From positions 3,941 to 67,940 of the forward strand of contig CACMWW010000006.1 of assembly GCA_902617525.1 (NCBI GenBank): a stretch of 64,000 bases of DNA, in the 5' to 3' direction. A program made the position numbers and the translations under genes. Shown here in pieces: positions 60,574-64,000 of this stretch. Under the pieces are notes generated by a model. It was not told where the DNA came from. It did no database searches and worked only from the letters and a program-made list of their open reading frames with translations. The DNA is from an uncultured Pelagibacteraceae bacterium (GTDB lineage Bacteria; Pseudomonadota; Alphaproteobacteria; Pelagibacterales; AG-422-B15). The stretch's first letter is position 1. Each line of letters starts with the position of its first letter.

Positions 60574-62033
60574 TTTTCTGGAGTTTCTGAATAATTTATA
60601 GTTTCCTCAATATTTTTAGCAACATTGAGTAATTTTTGTTCTTCAAATGAATTTGTTATCAGTTGTAAGCCAATTGGTAAATTATTCTCATCATTTGCAA
60701 ATGGAATAGATATTCCTGGTAAACCCGCTAGATTTACAGGAACAGTAAAAATGTCATTTAGATAGTTTTGTACTGGATCAGAAGGCTCATTTGCAATTTC
60801 AAAAGCCGTTGAAGGTGTTGAAGGAGTGAGAATCGCATCAACTTTTTTAAAGGCTTCAACGTAGTCACTTTTTATTAATGATCTAATCTTTTGTGCCTTA
60901 ATATAATAAGCATCATAATATCCAGATGATAGCACATATGTGCCAATTAATATTCTTCTCTTTACTTCATCACCAAATCCCTCTGATCTCGTTTTTTCAT
61001 ACATATCAATGAGATCATTTCCTTTGACTCTTAGTCCATATCTTACTCCATCATAGCGAGCTAAATTTGATGAAGCTTCTGCAGGTGCGATAATGTAGTA
61101 AGCGGGCAAAGCGCTCATTGTATGAGGTAAACTAATATCTACTATTTCTGCTCCATTAGTTTTTAGTAAATTTGCACACTCATCCCAGCTTTTTTGAGTA
61201 CTAGCTGGAAGCTTATCACTTCTAAATTCCTTTGGTATTCCAATCTTCATCCCTTTTATGTCTGAATTTAAATTTTCATAATAATTTTCTTTTGGATTAA
61301 CCGAAGATGTTGAGTCCTTTTCATCATGACCCGATATAATGTCTAATAAGATTGCAGCGTCTTCAACGGTTTTTGTAATTGGTCCCGCTTGATCTAATGA
61401 AGATGCAAATGCAACTATTCCCCATCTGGATACTCTTCCATATGAAGGTTTCAAACCAACAGTACCTGTAAAAGAAGCTGGCTGTCTAATTGAGCCTCCA
61501 GTATCCGTTCCAAGAGAGGCTACACAAAGATCACCTGAAACTGCTGCTGCTGACCCTCCAGATGATCCTCCTGGAACAAGATCATTATCAGAATTTAGAG
61601 ATTTCCACGGATTCTTAACCGAACCAAAAAAACTAGTTTTATTAGTTGAACCCATTGCAAATTCATCACAATTTAATTTGCCTAAACTAATCAAGCCTGC
61701 ATCATCACAATTTTGAGTTACTGTAGACTCATAATTTGGAACAAAGTTTGATAAAATTTTACTTGATGCAGTAGTAGTCACACCCTTCGTACAAAATAAA
61801 TCTTTTATTCCAATTGGAATTCCGTCGTACTTACTTCTGAGATTTTGACTTTTTCTTCTTTCGTCAGACTTTTTAGCATCATTAAGAGCTTTCTCTTGTG
61901 ATATAGTATTATAGCAATTTAACTCTTTACCATTTTCAATATTTTTTAAATACTCTGAAGTTAACTCTTTCGATGATATTTTATTATTTTCTAAAAGAAC
62001 TGCCAGCGATTTTAATGTATAACTATCTTTCAT
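60558..62033 (-). CDS. gatA: Glu-tRNA(Gln) amidotransferase subunit A
   Basis: 491 aa. Amidase signature [23 protein letters not shown]. Confidence 0.95.
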   Translation of the reverse strand: MKDSYTLKSLAVLLENNKISSKELTSEYLKNIENGKELNCYNTISQEKALNDAKKSDERRKSQNLRSKYDGIPIGIKDLFCTKGVTTTASSKILSNFVPNYESTVTQNCDDAGLISLGKLNCDEFAMGSTNKTSFFGSVKNPWKSLNSDNDLVPGGSSGGSAAAVSGDLCVASLGTDTGGSIRQPASFTGTVGLKPSYGRVSRWGIVAFASSLDQAGPITKTVEDAAILLDIISGHDEKDSTSSVNPKENYYENLNSDIKGMKIGIPKEFRSDKLPASTQKSWDECANLLKTNGAEIVDISLPHTMSALPAYYIIAPAEASSNLARYDGVRYGLRVKGNDLIDMYEKTRSEGFGDEVKRRILIGTYVLSSGYYDAYYIKAQKIRSLIKSDYVEAFKKVDAILTPSTPSTAFEIANEPSDPVQNYLNDIFTVPVNLAGLPGISIPFANDENNLPIGLQLITNSFEEQKLLNVAKNIEETINYSETPEKWWLK

Positions 62034-62320
62034 TATTCGATCACTTTTGGAACAATAAAAAAGTCCATTTCTTTTTCAGGTGCATTTTCTAATATATCTT
62101 CAGCACTATTCTTAGTATCAACTTTATCATCTCTAACTTCTAATTTTTGATTAAGGGAATTAGATGTCGGATCAACTTGATCAGTTTTAATTTCTTTTAA
62201 CTGATCAACAAATTCTAAGATTGAATTAAGATCCTTACTAAGATTATTAAGTTTATCGTCACTGATTGAAATTCTTGCTAACTTTCCAAGCTTTAAAAGA
62301 CTTTTCTTATCAAATTCCAT
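62033..62320 (-). CDS. gatC: Asp/Glu-tRNA amidotransferase subunit C
   Basis: 95 aa. ..[19 protein letters not shown]... First gene of the gatCAB order. Confidence 0.88.
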   Translation of the reverse strand: MEFDKKSLLKLGKLARISISDDKLNNLSKDLNSILEFVDQLKEIKTDQVDPTSNSLNQKLEVRDDKVDTKNSAEDILENAPEKEMDFFIVPKVIE

Positions 62321-62351
62321 ATTTATATGAGGTACTAACTTAAATTAATGT

Positions 62352-62861
62352 ATGATATACAGTCAAAAAATGACTAATGAAACAAAAAAAGAAGTAGATA
62401 TTGCAGAATTTAAGTCATTAGTGGAAAGTAATCATAAAATTCTAGGATTGGATATTGGCAGTAAAAGAATTGGAGTTGCAATTTCTACATCGGATATGAC
62501 AGGGGCTCTACCATTAAGAACTATTAAATATTCAAACATGAAAGGCTTTCTGAAAGAATTAAATGAGCTAGTTAAACTTCACGACGTTAAAGCCCTCATC
62601 ATTGGACTGCCATTAAATATGGATGGAAGTGAGGGAAAAAGTGCTCAATCAATCCGTGACAAATCAAGAGCTATAAATTTGTCTCTAAATATTCCCTATT
62701 CTTTTTGGGATGAAAGACTTTCTACTGTTGCTGTGGACAGGTTATATACAGATAATTCTAAAAGCAGAAAAAAAGCCCATAATGAAAAAAAAGAAATTGA
62801 TAGTCTTGCTTCAGCATTTATCTTGGAAGGTGCATTAAATTATATTAAAAGAATGAATTAA
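62352..62861 (+). CDS. ruvX: putative pre-16S rRNA nuclease / Holliday junction resolvase-like YqgF
   Basis: 169 aa. ILGLDIGSKRIGVA..LIIGLPLNMDGSEG... Confidence 0.85.
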   Translation: MIYSQKMTNETKKEVDIAEFKSLVESNHKILGLDIGSKRIGVAISTSDMTGALPLRTIKYSNMKGFLKELNELVKLHDVKALIIGLPLNMDGSEGKSAQSIRDKSRAINLSLNIPYSFWDERLSTVAVDRLYTDNSKSRKKAHNEKKEIDSLASAFILEGALNYIKRMN

Positions 62862-63799
62862 TGCTTGAAAACATTAAAATCCCTAAAATCTCTCAAACCC
62901 ATCTGCATGGCATAAAAAATCTCAGCATTGAGGATATAAATAATATTTTAGAACTCAGTAAAATTTTCAAAGAGCACAACAAGGAAAAGGATAAAAAAAT
63001 ACCGATCTTAAAAGGTAGAACAATTATAAATCTTTTTTTTGAACCCTCTACAAGAACACTAATCTCTTTTGAAATAGCTGCTAAAAGATTAGGCGCTGAT
63101 GTAATTAATATGAATATTGAAGGATCTTCATTAAGAAAAGGTGAAAGTTTATTTGATACCGCTCAAACTTTAGGAGCAATGAACCCTGATCTTGTAATTA
63201 TCAGACATGGAGAAAATGATGCCTCAAAAGAAATTGCTAAAATATTAGAATGTCCTGTTATAAATGCTGGAGAAGGTGTTAATGAACACCCCACACAAGC
63301 ATTGCTTGATGCTTATACAATCATGAATCACAATCGAAAGCTTAATGATATCACAGTTTCAATATGTGGTGATCTTGAACATAGTCGAGTAGCAAGGTCA
63401 AACTACTATCTTCTAAATAAAATGAAATCAAAAGTTAGATTCGTATTTCCTGATTATTTTAAACCAAAAGATTTAGATAAATATGATGTTGAAACGTTCA
63501 CAAATTTAGAAGAAGGCATAAAAGATGCTGATATAGTGATGATGCTTAGAATCCAAAATGAAAGAATAAAAGATTTAAATCTTCCATCAGCAGACGATTA
63601 TTTTAAAAGTTTTGGACTTACTTATGAAAAGTTAAAATTAGCAAAGCCTGAAGTACTAGTGCTTCACCCTGGTCCAATAAATAGAGGTGTAGAAATAGAG
63701 AATGAACTAGCTGATGATGTAAACAAATCAGTGATAACTGAGCAGGTTGAAAATGGAGTAGCTGTTCGGATGGCTTGTTTATCAATTATGGTAAAATGA
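62861..63799 (+). CDS. pyrB: aspartate carbamoyltransferase catalytic subunit
   Basis: 312 aa. [24 protein letters not shown]. Confidence 0.95.
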   Translation: MLENIKIPKISQTHLHGIKNLSIEDINNILELSKIFKEHNKEKDKKIPILKGRTIINLFFEPSTRTLISFEIAAKRLGADVINMNIEGSSLRKGESLFDTAQTLGAMNPDLVIIRHGENDASKEIAKILECPVINAGEGVNEHPTQALLDAYTIMNHNRKLNDITVSICGDLEHSRVARSNYYLLNKMKSKVRFVFPDYFKPKDLDKYDVETFTNLEEGIKDADIVMMLRIQNERIKDLNLPSADDYFKSFGLTYEKLKLAKPEVLVLHPGPINRGVEIENELADDVNKSVITEQVENGVAVRMACLSIMVK

Positions 63800-64000
63800 T
63801 ATTCGAGATAATTTTAATAATTTACTTTTCCTACCTTCTAGGATCAATCCCAACTGGTATTTTGGTATCAAGGTTGTTCAATTTAGGGGAGCTTAAAAGT
63901 ATTGGCTCAGGAAATATTGGGGCTACTAACGTTTTAAGAACAGGAAACTTTTTAGCTGCAGGAATTACACTATTAGTTGATTTTTTTAAAGCGTTAATAC
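63796..64000 (+). CDS. plsY: glycerol-3-phosphate acyltransferase PlsY, partial (runs off the right edge)
   Basis: Not in the ORF track. My translation from the ATG at 63796 (ATGA overlap with the pyrB stop): [51 protein letters not shown].. = PlsY N-terminus. Confidence 0.85.
   Translation, partial: MIFEIILIIYFSYLLGSIPTGILVSRLFNLGELKSIGSGNIGATNVLRTGNFLAAGITLLVDFFKALI

Overview
This 64-kb window is visibly AT-rich (roughly 30% G+C by eye) and extremely gene-dense. It looks like a streamlined marine alphaproteobacterium of the SAR11/Pelagibacterales type. The evidence is conserved alphaproteobacterial synteny blocks (pcm-like/DUF2497/valS; hom-glpX-recJ; glyA-nrdR-ribD-ribE-ribBA-ribH-nusB; dapA-smpB ... 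spoT-pyrE-pdxJ-acpS-lepB-rnc-era-recO; gatCAB), an aapJQMP (yhdWXYZ-type) general amino-acid importer, a H+-pyrophosphatase, and near-zero intergenic spacing. I call 74 protein-coding genes, two of them truncated at the window edges and absent from the ORF track: valS at the left and plsY at the right. I also call six single-copy tRNAs (Cys-GCA, Asn-GTT, Arg-TCT, Pro-TGG, Glu-TTC, Ser-GCT), all with encoded CCA. Other features are a clear TPP riboswitch, a candidate SAM-responsive leader before metY, and two intrinsic terminators. I found no transposase, integrase, phage gene, CRISPR array, restriction-modification, toxin-antitoxin or recognisable defence gene. I cannot honestly point to a multi-gene novel system; the window is mostly core housekeeping. 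The points most worth a second look are listed here. (1) A TPP-riboswitch-led thiB-thiP pair lacks thiQ, and an NhaD-type antiporter overlaps the thiP stop. (2) An orphan MarR-wHTH plus TPR-like protein sits alone between two tRNAs. (3) An alternative oxidase / DUF4149 / 60-aa ORF mini-operon lies beside a glutathione peroxidase and a photolyase. (4) That prokaryotic (6-4)-photolyase-like protein appears to lack the Fe-S cysteine set. (5) tRNAs are butted directly against coding genes (0-12 nt), implying tRNA-mRNA co-transcripts. (6) Several architecture oddities arise from extreme compaction. All family assignments come from reading the translations and from memory of motifs; no searches were run.
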